64,000 nucleotides of DNA from an uncultured Clostridia bacterium. Lineage in GTDB: Bacteria > Bacillota > Clostridia > Christensenellales > UBA1242. The notes under the pieces are model-generated. The model was not told the DNA's origin. It searched no databases and saw nothing but the letters and a program-made list of their open reading frames with translations. The position numbers and the translations under genes were made by a program. Positions 1 to 8,755 of the stretch are shown one piece after another. Location of the stretch: positions 1,457 to 65,456 of the forward strand of contig CALVMJ010000004.1 in the NCBI GenBank assembly GCA_944345365.1, in the 5' to 3' direction. Numbering within the stretch: position 1 is the stretch's first letter; the number at the start of each line of letters is the position of its first letter.

Positions 1-770
1 TTCTTTCCCCAACCATGCTCAACAAACCATTCGTAAACGATTCTATGGTCTTGAAATCCCTTGTCACACAAACTATAAGTCGTTCCTTCAAGACAATCTT
101 CCATTGGATGAACAAAATCATATTGTGGCCAAATGCACCATTTGTTGCCGACTCTGTAATGGCTTTGTCTTGCAATCTTATACATAATAGGATCACGCAT
201 ATTAATGTTTGGATGCGACATATCAATTTTAGCTCTTAATGTTTTGCTTCCGTCTGGATATTTTCCTTCCCTCATCTCTCTAAAAAGCTTTAAGTTTTCT
301 TCAGGTGTTCTGTTTCGATAAGGACTTTCCTTCCCCGGCTCTGTAAGTGTTCCTCTGCAAGCTGATACCTCTTCTGCTGAAAGATCACAAACATAAGCAT
401 CTCCGTTTTTTATCATTTTTTCTGCTATATTATAAATTTCATCAAAGTAAGCCTCGCTTGCATAGACAAACTTATAAGGCTTAAACCCCAGCCATTCAAG
501 GTCAGCCATATAACTATCTGCAAACTCCCCTTCTTCCTTAACAGGATTAGAGTCGTCCATTCTTAAAAAAGTTTTTCCTCCGAATTTTTTTGCTGTTTCA
601 AAATTAATCGTCCACGCTTTAACATGCCCAATATACCAATAACCACTTGGCTCAGGAGGACATCTTGTAACCACCTCTTTACTTCTTCCTGCTTTTAAAT
701 CCTCAATAATTTCTTCTTCAAGTTCATTTTCAGGAACGATAGAATCAATATCAATACCGTTAACTATCAT
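1..770 (-). CDS. glnS: glutaminyl-tRNA synthetase, N-terminal ~256 codons (gene runs off left edge)
   Basis: Absent from the ORF track because it is open at the window edge. Manual minus-strand translation from ATG 768-770 is stop-free to base 1: MIVNGIDIDS...RCPPEPSGYWYIGHVKAWTINFETAKKFGGKTFLRMDDSNPVKEE...DLEWLGF...RAKIDMSHPNINMRDPIMYKIARQSHYRVGNKWCIWPQYDFVHPMEDCLEGTTYSLC. These are class I HIGH-type and GlnRS signature blocks. GGAG SD at 777-780. Confidence 0.85.
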   Translation of the reverse strand, partial: MIVNGIDIDSIVPENELEEEIIEDLKAGRSKEVVTRCPPEPSGYWYIGHVKAWTINFETAKKFGGKTFLRMDDSNPVKEEGEFADSYMADLEWLGFKPYKFVYASEAYFDEIYNIAEKMIKNGDAYVCDLSAEEVSACRGTLTEPGKESPYRNRTPEENLKLFREMREGKYPDGSKTLRAKIDMSHPNINMRDPIMYKIARQSHYRVGNKWCIWPQYDFVHPMEDCLEGTTYSLCDKGFQDHRIVYEWFVEHGWGK

Positions 771-860
771 AAAAATCTCCTACTGAATTTATTTTAGCAT
801 AAACACAAAAATTTTAAAACTATTTGATAAAAAATATTTTAATTTGTAAAACTTTCTTTA

Positions 861-1772
861 CTATTTATTACAAAATACCTGAATCTTTTTTTCATGGACG
901 TTAATTTCAATCGGCAGTTTTTGTCCGACATTACCATCCATATCACAATTAAGGAATTTAGGATTTTCTTTTTCTCCAATTAATTGGATCTTAATATTTT
1001 TTCCGCTTTGATACAAGATGCTTTTCTTCCCAATATGTTTTCCTCTAAGTATATTAAGTGCTGTAAATATTAGTTTTAAAATCCCACATTTTTTTATAAC
1101 ACAAACATCGAAAAGTCCATCATTTAATTTTGCTTGCTTACCTATTTGTTTGAAACCACCTGCACTTTTGGAATTTAGCACTAAATACATTATAACCTCT
1201 TCTTCAAAAACATCTCCATCAATTTCAAACCTTAATTTTTGTGGTTTAAGGTTAAAAACATTAAAAAAAGCCTTGAAATAATAGGTTATCTTCCCAAATA
1301 ATTTTTTTGCAATCCTTGAATAAGTGTTTGCTCCATGGGTAAAATACCCTCCACAAACAACATTCACAGCATATTCATTCCCCACTTTTGCAACATCACA
1401 ATCCTTAATTTTGTTTGCAAGAACAATTTTTACAAATCGCTTAACATTCCTTTTTACTCCAATTTGCTTAGCAAAGTCGTTTACAGTGCCCATAGGAAAA
1501 ATCCCAACTGGAATATTTAGTCCATTCTTTAGCATTTGTGTTACCCCTATCCCCAAACTTCCGTCTCCTCCAAGAATTATAAGGGCATCAAATTTCTTTG
1601 GATTCTCATTTTTTATAGAGGTGAAAAAGTTTCCCAACTCTTCAATATTTTCACTTAAAAAAATCTCTGCTGTATGTATTTTTTCTTTGTTTATTTCGTT
1701 TTGAATTTTTTTTGCAAATTTAACTCCTTTTCCCCTTCCAGAGTATGGATTACAAACAATCAATACATTCAT
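861..1772 (-). CDS. diacylglycerol kinase-family lipid kinase (YegS/BmrU-like)
   Basis: 303-aa ORF. N-terminal NPYSGRGKG and GGDGSLG motifs match the DAGK catalytic domain. Confidence 0.75.
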   Translation of the reverse strand: MNVLIVCNPYSGRGKGVKFAKKIQNEINKEKIHTAEIFLSENIEELGNFFTSIKNENPKKFDALIILGGDGSLGIGVTQMLKNGLNIPVGIFPMGTVNDFAKQIGVKRNVKRFVKIVLANKIKDCDVAKVGNEYAVNVVCGGYFTHGANTYSRIAKKLFGKITYYFKAFFNVFNLKPQKLRFEIDGDVFEEEVIMYLVLNSKSAGGFKQIGKQAKLNDGLFDVCVIKKCGILKLIFTALNILRGKHIGKKSILYQSGKNIKIQLIGEKENPKFLNCDMDGNVGQKLPIEINVHEKKIQVFCNK

Positions 1773-1923
1773 TTTATTCTCCTAATTTAATTATATCAAA
1801 ACATTATGCTCAAAGCAAACTTTTAGCGTAATGTTTATGCCTTTAAGTAAAAGGATTTTAAAGGTTTATAAAGATAAAACGAAGAATTTTAATAAAAATT
1901 CAATCTGTTTCTTAATTCACTAG

Positions 1924-2405
1924 GGAAATGAGCAGAGCGAGCGCTGATAAGCTCCAGACAACCTTTTAAGGTTGCAGTTTGCTTGTAAGGAAAACAAGCA
2001 AACAAAAAATCTTGATCAATATACTTGGTTAATATGAAAAATCATATGGAGCTGCTTGGCGAGCAAAGCGAGCGCTGATAAGCTCCAGGCAACCTTTTAG
2101 GGTTGCTGTTTGCTTGTAAGGAAAACAAGCAAACAAAAAATCTTGATCGATGTACTTGGTGAATGTGAAAAATTATATGGAGCTGTTCAGCGAGCAAAGC
2201 GAGCGCTGATAAGCTCCAGGCAACTTTTTAAGGTTGCAGTTTGCTTGTAAGGAAAACAAGCAAACAAAAAATCTTGATCGATGTACTTGGTGAATGTGAA
2301 AAATTATATGGAGCTGTTCAGCGAGCAGAGCGAGCGCTGATAAGCTCCAGGCAACCTTTTAGGGTTGCAGTTTGCTTGTAAGGAAAACAAGCAAACAAAA
2401 AATCT
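1924..2405. repeat. tandem repeat, about 3.7 copies of a 131-bp unit with three hairpins per unit
   Basis: GAGCGCTGATAAGCTCC starts at 1939, 2070, 2201 and 2332, an exact 131-bp period. Units 2-4 start with TGGAGCTG at 2047, 2178 and 2309. Each unit contains the perfect hairpin GTTTGCTTGT-AAGGAAA-ACAAGCAAAC. There are only a few substitutions between copies and no ORF of 60 aa or more. Confidence 0.9.
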
Positions 2406-2429
2406 TGTCCTCAAGAGGACAAGATTTTT
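2397..2429 (-). terminator. rho-independent (bidirectional-looking) terminator downstream of tRNA-Thr
   Basis: AAAAAATCTTGTCC-TCAAGA-GGACAAGATTTTT. The stem is 8 bp or longer, flanked by an A-run and a T-run, and sits directly 3' of the tRNA on the minus strand. Confidence 0.75.
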
Positions 2430-2430
2430 C

Positions 2431-2506
2431 TGGAGCTGATAACGGGACTCGAACCCGTGACCTGTTGATTACGAATCAACTGCTCTACCAACTGAGCCAT
2501 ATCAGC
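2431..2506 (-). tRNA. tRNA-Thr (anticodon CGT), CCA encoded
   Basis: Minus-strand sequence folds by hand into a cloverleaf: GCTGATA TG GCTCAGTTGGTAGAGC A GTTGA TTCGTAA TCAAC AGGTC ACGGG TTCGAGT CCCGT TATCAGC T CCA. Acceptor stem is 7 bp. The anticodon loop TT-CGT-AA gives CGT. Confidence 0.9.
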
Positions 2507-2532
2507 ACAAAATCATTTTGCGCATAATTATG

Positions 2533-3561
2533 CTAATTAACAAGCGCAAAAGAAATTTTTTGATTATCTGTGTCTAGTGCAATAACCTTAACTTTCACCT
2601 TATCATCTACTCTTACAATTTCATAAATATTTTTATCATTTTTATCGGTTGCATTTGATATATGCAAAAGTCCGGTTGCTCCATTTTCCAATTTTATCAA
2701 AGCACCAAAAGAGAGGAGTTTTATTACCACTCCATCGTAAATTTCACCTTCTACAATCTCTTCGAAAGCCTTTTCTTTTGGGCTTTTTTCAAGTTGTTTT
2801 AGTCCAAGCTCAACTTTTTTTTGCTCTCTGTCAAGTTTAATAACTTTAAAATTAAGGATATCTCCTTCTTTTAAAACATCTCTTGGTGACCCAATCTTTT
2901 CGTAAGAGAGATTCGATATGTGAGCAAAACAATCCACTCCATCTACATCAACAAATATTCCATATGGCAGAATTTTCTTTACCATTCCTTTAACAATTTT
3001 ATTAATGAATATAGATTTCCAAAAAAGCGTTTCACATTGCAACTTAATTTGTTCTTGTAAAAGTTTTATACTTGCAATAATTTTCTTATTTGGTTTGTCA
3101 TATTCCGTTACAACAGCTTCAAACTGCTTCCCTATTAAGTTTTTTGGATTATGGATATAGTTTAATGATATTTCATCAAAAGGAATAAAAACTTTATATT
3201 CTCCAAGATTTGAACAAAGCCCCTGATTGAATGAGGTTGCTACAAAAGTAAATTTGCTCCCAAGTTTTAGTTTTTCTGCGTTTTGTGTGCCAATTATTAA
3301 ATTCTCAGCTTGACTCTTCGAGGCTATAAGCAACCCATCGTCATTTTTTTTGTTGCCTAAAAGAACCTTAAATCTCTCTCCTATTTTAACATCTTCAAAA
3401 TCATCAAAATCATCTTTTGGGATAAAAGTGTCATTTTTTCCACCTATGTTAAAGATAACTCCTTCTTTTCGTTTTATAACCACAACCCCATCAAAAATTT
3501 TTCCATTTTTATATGATGCAAAAGTTTTGTCTATTTCCACTAAATTAAAATTACTGTCCAT
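2533..3561 (-). CDS. S1 RNA-binding domain protein (ribosomal protein S1-like, about 4 S1 repeats)
   Basis: Repeated S1 OB-fold signatures (GxVVxxxxxGxxxxIGG, GMVKKILPYGIFVDV, GVVIKLLSFGALIKL). I trimmed the start to ATG 3561 (MDSNFN...), which follows AGAGGA. The tracked start at 3621 has no RBS. Confidence 0.75.
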   Translation of the reverse strand: MDSNFNLVEIDKTFASYKNGKIFDGVVVIKRKEGVIFNIGGKNDTFIPKDDFDDFEDVKIGERFKVLLGNKKNDDGLLIASKSQAENLIIGTQNAEKLKLGSKFTFVATSFNQGLCSNLGEYKVFIPFDEISLNYIHNPKNLIGKQFEAVVTEYDKPNKKIIASIKLLQEQIKLQCETLFWKSIFINKIVKGMVKKILPYGIFVDVDGVDCFAHISNLSYEKIGSPRDVLKEGDILNFKVIKLDREQKKVELGLKQLEKSPKEKAFEEIVEGEIYDGVVIKLLSFGALIKLENGATGLLHISNATDKNDKNIYEIVRVDDKVKVKVIALDTDNQKISFALVN

Positions 3562-3621
3562 TTTTATCCTCTTAAAGTAATAATACCAAAAATGATTATT
3601 CTTGTCAAAAAAAATAACCAA

Positions 3622-4203
3622 CTATTTTAATGCATTTAATTTTTCATTAATAATTTCAGTTGCCTGTGAAAGATTTTCATTTGAAGCTTTTTTGTCATAA
3701 AACTTATCCAGTTCGAATGCTTCACCAACTATAATTTTTGTCAATCTAAAAGGCCTTGGCCTAGAAGAAATCCATACTGGTATCACCGGCGTCTTTGTCT
3801 TTATGGCTAGAAGAGCTGTTCCAGTTTTTAAAGGATTCATTGTTGAAATATCTTTATTTTTATTCCTAGTTCCTTCTGGGAAAATTACGAGTTTTTTATT
3901 CTTATTTAACACCTTAAGAGATTTTTTGATCGCCCCCACATCGTAGTTATCCCTGTCAACGCTTATACCTCCGAACATTTTGATAAAAAATCCCAAAAAT
4001 TTATTTTTAAAGAGCTCTTTTTTTGCAAGAACATATTTCTTTTCAAATGTATTAGCCAGTAAAACAACAATATCCATATTTGAAGTGTGGTTTGGACAAA
4101 TTATTGCTTTCCCTTTTTTCAAGTTTTTTCTTCCAACAACCTTAGTGGGAAAAAGAATCATTAAAGGTAGCCATAAAAAAAATCTTACAATATGAAAAAA
4201 CAT
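3622..4203 (-). CDS. plsC: 1-acyl-sn-glycerol-3-phosphate acyltransferase
   Basis: NHTSNMD (the NHxxxxD motif) and FPEGTR acyltransferase motifs. Start moved to ATG 4203, preceded by AGGAGG. Confidence 0.8.
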   Translation of the reverse strand: MFFHIVRFFLWLPLMILFPTKVVGRKNLKKGKAIICPNHTSNMDIVVLLANTFEKKYVLAKKELFKNKFLGFFIKMFGGISVDRDNYDVGAIKKSLKVLNKNKKLVIFPEGTRNKNKDISTMNPLKTGTALLAIKTKTPVIPVWISSRPRPFRLTKIIVGEAFELDKFYDKKASNENLSQATEIINEKLNALK

Positions 4204-4213
4204 AACACCTCCT

Positions 4214-5410
4214 TTAAAAATTCTGCCCACAGGCAAAAGCTGTGGAAAATGCGATTTGAAGATTAAATCCTCCTGTCAAAGCATCAATATCTAGCACTTC
4301 CCCTATAAAGTATAAATCTTTAACAATTTTGCTTTCCATAGTTTTCGGATTAATCTCCTTTAAGTCAACCCCTCCACTTGTGATTATAGCACAATTTAAA
4401 GGATAAAAACATTTAAATTCAAGTGGAAATTCTTTTAATTTTAAAATTATCCTTTCTCTTTCTTTGCTAGTAATTGAATTGACCTTCTTATCAGGATCAA
4501 TTTCACATTTTTCGAGAAATATCTCAACAAACCTAATAGGTAGCAAACCTTTAATCACACTTGATATATTTTTGTTTTTAGATCCCTCAAAATCTCTCAA
4601 AAGACGATCATTTAAAACTTGATGGCTAAGAGCTGGTTTAAAATCTAATGAAAGTTTTAGATTGTCGTATCGGTTTACTTTACTAGATAAGGTTAAAACT
4701 ATCGGTCCAGTAATTCCCTTGTCTGTAAACATCATCTCACCAAATTCCCCTATCGTTTTACCATTACATCTGCACATTAAGTTAACATTTTTTAAAGATA
4801 GCCCTTGCAATTTGGCAACAAATTTGTCTTTTAGTTCAATTGGAACAAGTGCTGGTTTTAATTCAATTATATTATGCCCAAATTCTTTTGCAAAAAAATA
4901 GCCGTCTCCTCTGCTCCCCGTATCAGAATAAGACTTACCGCCGGTCGCAATAATTAACCTATCAAAAAAATATTTACCTTTATTTGTGCAAACATAAAAC
5001 TTGTTTGTCTTGCTAACAGAAACAACTTTTTCATTTGTCTTAATTTCAACACCCTCACAGTGTTTTAAAAGAGCTTTTATTACATCGCTTGACTTGTCAC
5101 TGTTTGGAAATACTCTTTTGCCACGCTCAATCTTGCTTTTAAGTCCAAGATTTTCAAAAAAACTAATTGTATCAAAACAGTTCCAAGCAGACAAACAACT
5201 AAGCAAAAATTTTTCTCCCCTAATTATATTATGCAAGAATTCTTCGCCGATGCTTGCATTTGTGAAATTACACCTACCTTTACCTGTTATGAAAAGCTTT
5301 TTACCAGCCTTTTCATTTCCGTCAAAAATTGTAACCTCATGCCCTTTTGACCTAATAATTCCAGCGCACATAAGTCCAGACGCACCAGCACCTATTACAC
5401 AAACTTTCAC
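4214..5410 (-). CDS. HI0933/BaiN-family FAD-dependent oxidoreductase
   Basis: N-terminal VIGAGASGLMCAG dinucleotide-binding motif followed by GKGRCNFTN, which is diagnostic of the HI0933-like family. Confidence 0.7.
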   Translation of the reverse strand: MKVCVIGAGASGLMCAGIIRSKGHEVTIFDGNEKAGKKLFITGKGRCNFTNASIGEEFLHNIIRGEKFLLSCLSAWNCFDTISFFENLGLKSKIERGKRVFPNSDKSSDVIKALLKHCEGVEIKTNEKVVSVSKTNKFYVCTNKGKYFFDRLIIATGGKSYSDTGSRGDGYFFAKEFGHNIIELKPALVPIELKDKFVAKLQGLSLKNVNLMCRCNGKTIGEFGEMMFTDKGITGPIVLTLSSKVNRYDNLKLSLDFKPALSHQVLNDRLLRDFEGSKNKNISSVIKGLLPIRFVEIFLEKCEIDPDKKVNSITSKERERIILKLKEFPLEFKCFYPLNCAIITSGGVDLKEINPKTMESKIVKDLYFIGEVLDIDALTGGFNLQIAFSTAFACGQNF

Positions 5411-6114
5411 AATTCCTCCAAAAGAAGGGCTATTTCAAGGGGTTTAAGTTCTTTGAATTCTCCCCTTTTTAATCCTCCCAAAGAGACTTTACCAATCCTA
5501 ATTCTTTTAAGAAGTTTTATATTTTTTCCAATGGCTTCAAACATTCTTCTAATCTGACGGTTTTGTCCTTCATCGATTATAACTGAAAGTTTTGTGAATC
5601 CCTTTTCAAAGCTTAACCACTTAACTTTTGAGCTCGGCAGTCTCTCTCCATCAACAACAACCCCTTTCCTAAGAACAGCCATTTCGCTCTCTAAAATTTC
5701 TCCTTCGACAGTAACCCTGTACTCCTTTTCAATATGAAAAGTTGGGTGAGAAATTTTATTAGCAAAATCCCCATCATTTGTTAAAATCAAAAGCCCCTCA
5801 GTGTCATAGTCCAGTCTTCCAACAGAAAAAAGCCTATAAGAGGAATTAACTAAATCAAAGATAGTTTTTCTGCCTTTTTCATCATTTGCAGTGCAAACAT
5901 AACCTTTTGGTTTATTAAATTTGTAATAAACAAAAGATGTGGGAAGAGAAATAACCCTCCCATCAAAATTAACAACATCTTTTTTTAAGTTTACATCAAA
6001 ACCCATTTCAGTCATAATTTGACCATTGACTGACACTCTTCCTTCTTTTATTAATTCATCACATTTTCTTCTTGAAGCAATTCCTGCCGTGCTTAAAAAC
6101 TTATTTAATCTCAT
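5407..6114 (-). CDS. rluB: pseudouridine synthase, RsuA/RluB family (S4 domain plus catalytic domain)
   Basis: S4 domain MRLNKFLSTAGIASRRKCDELIKEGRVSVNG. Catalytic motif VGRLDYDTEGLLILTNDG. Confidence 0.8.
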   Translation of the reverse strand: MRLNKFLSTAGIASRRKCDELIKEGRVSVNGQIMTEMGFDVNLKKDVVNFDGRVISLPTSFVYYKFNKPKGYVCTANDEKGRKTIFDLVNSSYRLFSVGRLDYDTEGLLILTNDGDFANKISHPTFHIEKEYRVTVEGEILESEMAVLRKGVVVDGERLPSSKVKWLSFEKGFTKLSVIIDEGQNRQIRRMFEAIGKNIKLLKRIRIGKVSLGGLKRGEFKELKPLEIALLLEEL

Positions 6115-6120
6115 TTAATA

Positions 6121-7251
6121 TTACCACCCAGAGATTATATCAAATATCTTTTGTAGAATCCCTTTTGTCCTTATATCCTCCATTGTAAAGATTTTTTCAG
6201 AAAATAGCAACTCTTTATCAAGGAAAATTCTAATTTCTCCTATTTCATCTCCTTTTTCAACAGGAGCTTCAACCGTTTCATTCACTGAATAAACATATTC
6301 AATTTTATCGATCTCATCTTTTTTTAAAGGGTAATTAAAATTTTTTAAAGTTGAAATTTTAACGGTTTCTTGCCTTCCATCTTCAACCTCAATAAATTCT
6401 GGGTAATCATAATTTTTTGTTAAATCATAAAGCCTAAAATCACCAAAAGCCTTTTCCAGCAAACAGGCACTTTCTTCAAACATAGGCCCACAATTTAAAA
6501 CAACACAAACAACAGTCATACCATCTCTCTCAACAGCGCTAACTAAACACCTCCCCGCATCGTCAGTAAATCCGGTTTTAACACCAATAGCACCATTGAC
6601 GCTATGTAAAAGTTTATTCTTATTGTTAAAATATCTAATTTTTCCATCTTCGTTTGTCACTTGAATACTTTTTGTTGATACAATTTCCCTAAAAATATCA
6701 TTCCTTAAGGCATAACTTGTAATTAATGCAAGATCATAAGCTGTTGTATAATGTCCTTTTTCATCAAGCCCATGAGTATTTTCAAAGTGAGTATTAATTG
6801 CACCTATTTGTTTTGCCTTCCAATTCATCATATCAATAAAATGCTCGACACCATTACCAACCCTTTCACCTATTGCCACGCTTGCATCATTGCCCGAAAT
6901 TAACATAAGCCCATAAAGCAGTTTTCTAAGAGTAAAATGCTCTCCCTCCTTTAAATAAAGAGATGTTCCAGGAATTCCCACTGCTTTTTTCGAAATTTCA
7001 AAAGGCTCATCAAGGTCAACTCCACTTTCTATTGCGGTAATGGCCGTCATAATTTTTGTAGTACTTGCCATAGGAAGTTTTTCCTCTAAGTTTTTATCAT
7101 ATAAGACTCTTTTAGACTCACTTTCCATAACGCACATTGCTTTTGCCAAGCAAGAAACACTTGCAAAAGAAAAAACATTATCAATGGTGTTAAACGAAAA
7201 AATAAACAAAAAAGAGAAAGTAAATAAAATCATCAGTCTTTTCATTTTCAT
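6121..7251 (-). CDS. D-alanyl-D-alanine carboxypeptidase (S11, DacB/DacF-like), signal peptide
   Basis: SxxK (ASTTKIMT), SGND and KTGFT penicillin-binding motifs. Hydrophobic N-terminus. Confidence 0.8.
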   Translation of the reverse strand: MKMKRLMILFTFSFLFIFSFNTIDNVFSFASVSCLAKAMCVMESESKRVLYDKNLEEKLPMASTTKIMTAITAIESGVDLDEPFEISKKAVGIPGTSLYLKEGEHFTLRKLLYGLMLISGNDASVAIGERVGNGVEHFIDMMNWKAKQIGAINTHFENTHGLDEKGHYTTAYDLALITSYALRNDIFREIVSTKSIQVTNEDGKIRYFNNKNKLLHSVNGAIGVKTGFTDDAGRCLVSAVERDGMTVVCVVLNCGPMFEESACLLEKAFGDFRLYDLTKNYDYPEFIEVEDGRQETVKISTLKNFNYPLKKDEIDKIEYVYSVNETVEAPVEKGDEIGEIRIFLDKELLFSEKIFTMEDIRTKGILQKIFDIISGW

Positions 7252-7634
7252 CTCTTGGCCTCTTTTTTTAGTTTTTCCAAAACTGTGTTAAATAAGTTTA
7301 AAATGGTTTGATAAGCAGTTTTATTTTCAACATTAACAAAGGAAAGCTCTCCATTTTTCTCAATTAAAAACCCCACAGGACTAACGCTCATACCCCCACT
7401 GCTTCCACCAGCCATAGGGAAATGATTTGCAACTCTCCTAGATGACAAATCGGCATATTCGCCACCACCAACAACATATCCAACCGAAACTTTTGATACA
7501 GGAATAATTGTTGTTCCATCTACGGTTTCTACCTTATCTCCAATTACCGTGCTAGAATCAACCAAACCTTTTAACTTTTCCATTGCATTTTCAATTAACT
7601 CATTTATTGTTTCGTTCTCCCCATAAATCTTCAT
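7248..7634 (-). CDS. ytfJ: sporulation protein YtfJ (GerW family)
   Basis: The block LKGLVDSSTVIGDKVETVDGTTIIPVSKVSVGYVVGGGEY matches the YtfJ/GerW core. Start trimmed to ATG 7634 after GGGGG. Confidence 0.75.
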   Translation of the reverse strand: MKIYGENETINELIENAMEKLKGLVDSSTVIGDKVETVDGTTIIPVSKVSVGYVVGGGEYADLSSRRVANHFPMAGGSSGGMSVSPVGFLIEKNGELSFVNVENKTAYQTILNLFNTVLEKLKKEAKR

Positions 7635-7674
7635 AATACCCCCATATATAGTATGAATTATGTTATAATACACC

Positions 7675-8253
7675 CTATTTCTCAGATTTTTTCTTTAAAC
7701 TTAGAATAACCGAATTTATAAAAGAATATGCAATATCAAAAAGAGAAATTGAAAATTTTAATGTAACAGCACTTTCAAAGACATATTGATTGTAAGCAAT
7801 ATTGTCACAGACAAGCATAGATGCTGTTGGCTTGGAACTTTTAAGCCTAGTAAAAAAAGTTAATATGCAAAAGTTAACCACCCCACAAAAAATTGCCGTT
7901 TGAAATGCATCACCCAAACCAATATTATAGTTTACTTGCAATAATTTTAATCTTGTCTTATCCTTGATCTGACCAACAAGATTTTCAACTACGACTGCTT
8001 CCTGACTTTCAAAATCTATGTCTTCTTCTTTTATGCCCTTTTCGTCATATAATTTTATACTCATGCCAGAAAATGAGAAAATAAAGCTTTTTAACTTTTT
8101 GCCAAACAAAAAAACGCCAACAGCCCCTCTATTATTAAATACATTATAAGAAGCTTTTAAAGTTATAAAAACCGGCATTATAAATACCAAAATAACAAAT
8201 AAAGGAATCAAGTAATATAAACTTTCCATAAAATTATTTTTTCCAAAACACAA
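7675..8253 (-). CDS. YtfI-like (DUF2953-type) sporulation membrane protein
   Basis: N-terminal TM segment. It sits immediately upstream of ytfJ, as ytfI does in Bacillus. The call rests mainly on synteny, and the exact start is uncertain (M1 or M9). Confidence 0.45.
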   Translation of the reverse strand: MCFGKNNFMESLYYLIPLFVILVFIMPVFITLKASYNVFNNRGAVGVFLFGKKLKSFIFSFSGMSIKLYDEKGIKEEDIDFESQEAVVVENLVGQIKDKTRLKLLQVNYNIGLGDAFQTAIFCGVVNFCILTFFTRLKSSKPTASMLVCDNIAYNQYVFESAVTLKFSISLFDIAYSFINSVILSLKKKSEK

Positions 8254-8401
8254 AAAATATTTCTTTTAATTATCCTTAAATTAAATTTGCCTACACTTAA
8301 CTTAAAAAAAACATTAATTTATAAGATACGACACTTTACATGCAATTATGATTTGATTTTTTTTATCAATCGTTATATAATGATGAAAAGGAGGTATAAA
8401 A

Positions 8402-8611
8402 ATGAGCAAAAGATCAAACACAAAAAACTTCAATATTATTTTACTTATACTCTGCATAATTCCTTTTGGCTTTGATAAATTATATTGCCATAACACACCT
8501 TGTTTTTTAGCCAAATTTTTACTTCATTTTATAGGACTTGGGCTAATCTGGTGGCTGTTTGATATAATCTGTGTGTGCATTGGAAAATACAAAGTAAACC
8601 CTTTTAAATAG
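8402..8611 (+). CDS. TM2 domain-containing small membrane protein
   Basis: 69 aa with two hydrophobic helices and a GFDKLY...GLGLIWWLFD pattern. Strong RBS AAAGGAGG at 8388-8395. A TTGATT-17-TATAAT promoter-like element lies upstream. Confidence 0.6.
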   Translation: MSKRSNTKNFNIILLILCIIPFGFDKLYCHNTPCFLAKFLLHFIGLGLIWWLFDIICVCIGKYKVNPFK

Positions 8612-8640
8612 TAACAGCTGATCTTAATTTAATAAAAGAA

Positions 8641-8682
8641 AACTATAAAGGCAAAAATACCTTTGCCTTTATAGTTTTTTTT
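8641..8682 (+). terminator. rho-independent terminator
   Basis: AACTATAAAGGCAAA-loop-TTTGCCTTTATAGTT followed by a T-run. Confidence 0.8.
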
Positions 8683-8755
8683 AAATATTTTTAATTTTGT
8701 TTTTAATTTTTATAACTCTGATGTATAATAAGAATGTATTTTACAAGGGGGAAAA

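Noticed and set aside
1018-1704. Plus-strand ORFs 1018-1281, 1324-1704 and 1335-1520, antisense to the DAG-kinase gene. The same kind of antisense ORF occurs inside tig (14461-14946), ileS (48636-50725), clpC, tex, topA and other genes.
   Set aside because: These are shadow ORFs on the opposite strand of well-supported genes. Their products are low-complexity and Ser/Phe/Leu-rich, they have no RBS, and they show no recognisable motifs.
2046-2078. 10-codon mini-ORF (MELLGEQSER, or MELFSEQSER in the next units) starting at the ATG inside each repeat unit.
   Set aside because: There is no convincing RBS. Differences between copies are non-synonymous, and the first unit lacks the ORF. It is most simply a by-product of the hairpin sequence.
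1924-2405. The tandem repeat as a CRISPR array.
   Set aside because: The whole 131-bp unit repeats, with no unique spacers between short repeats. The period is far too long, and there are no cas genes in the window.
8287-8514. Overlapping 62-aa (plus) and 66-aa (minus) ORFs around the start of the TM2 gene.
   Set aside because: They have no RBS and lie in a promoter/leader region. They overlap the better-supported TM2 ORF, which has AAAGGAGG and a downstream terminator.
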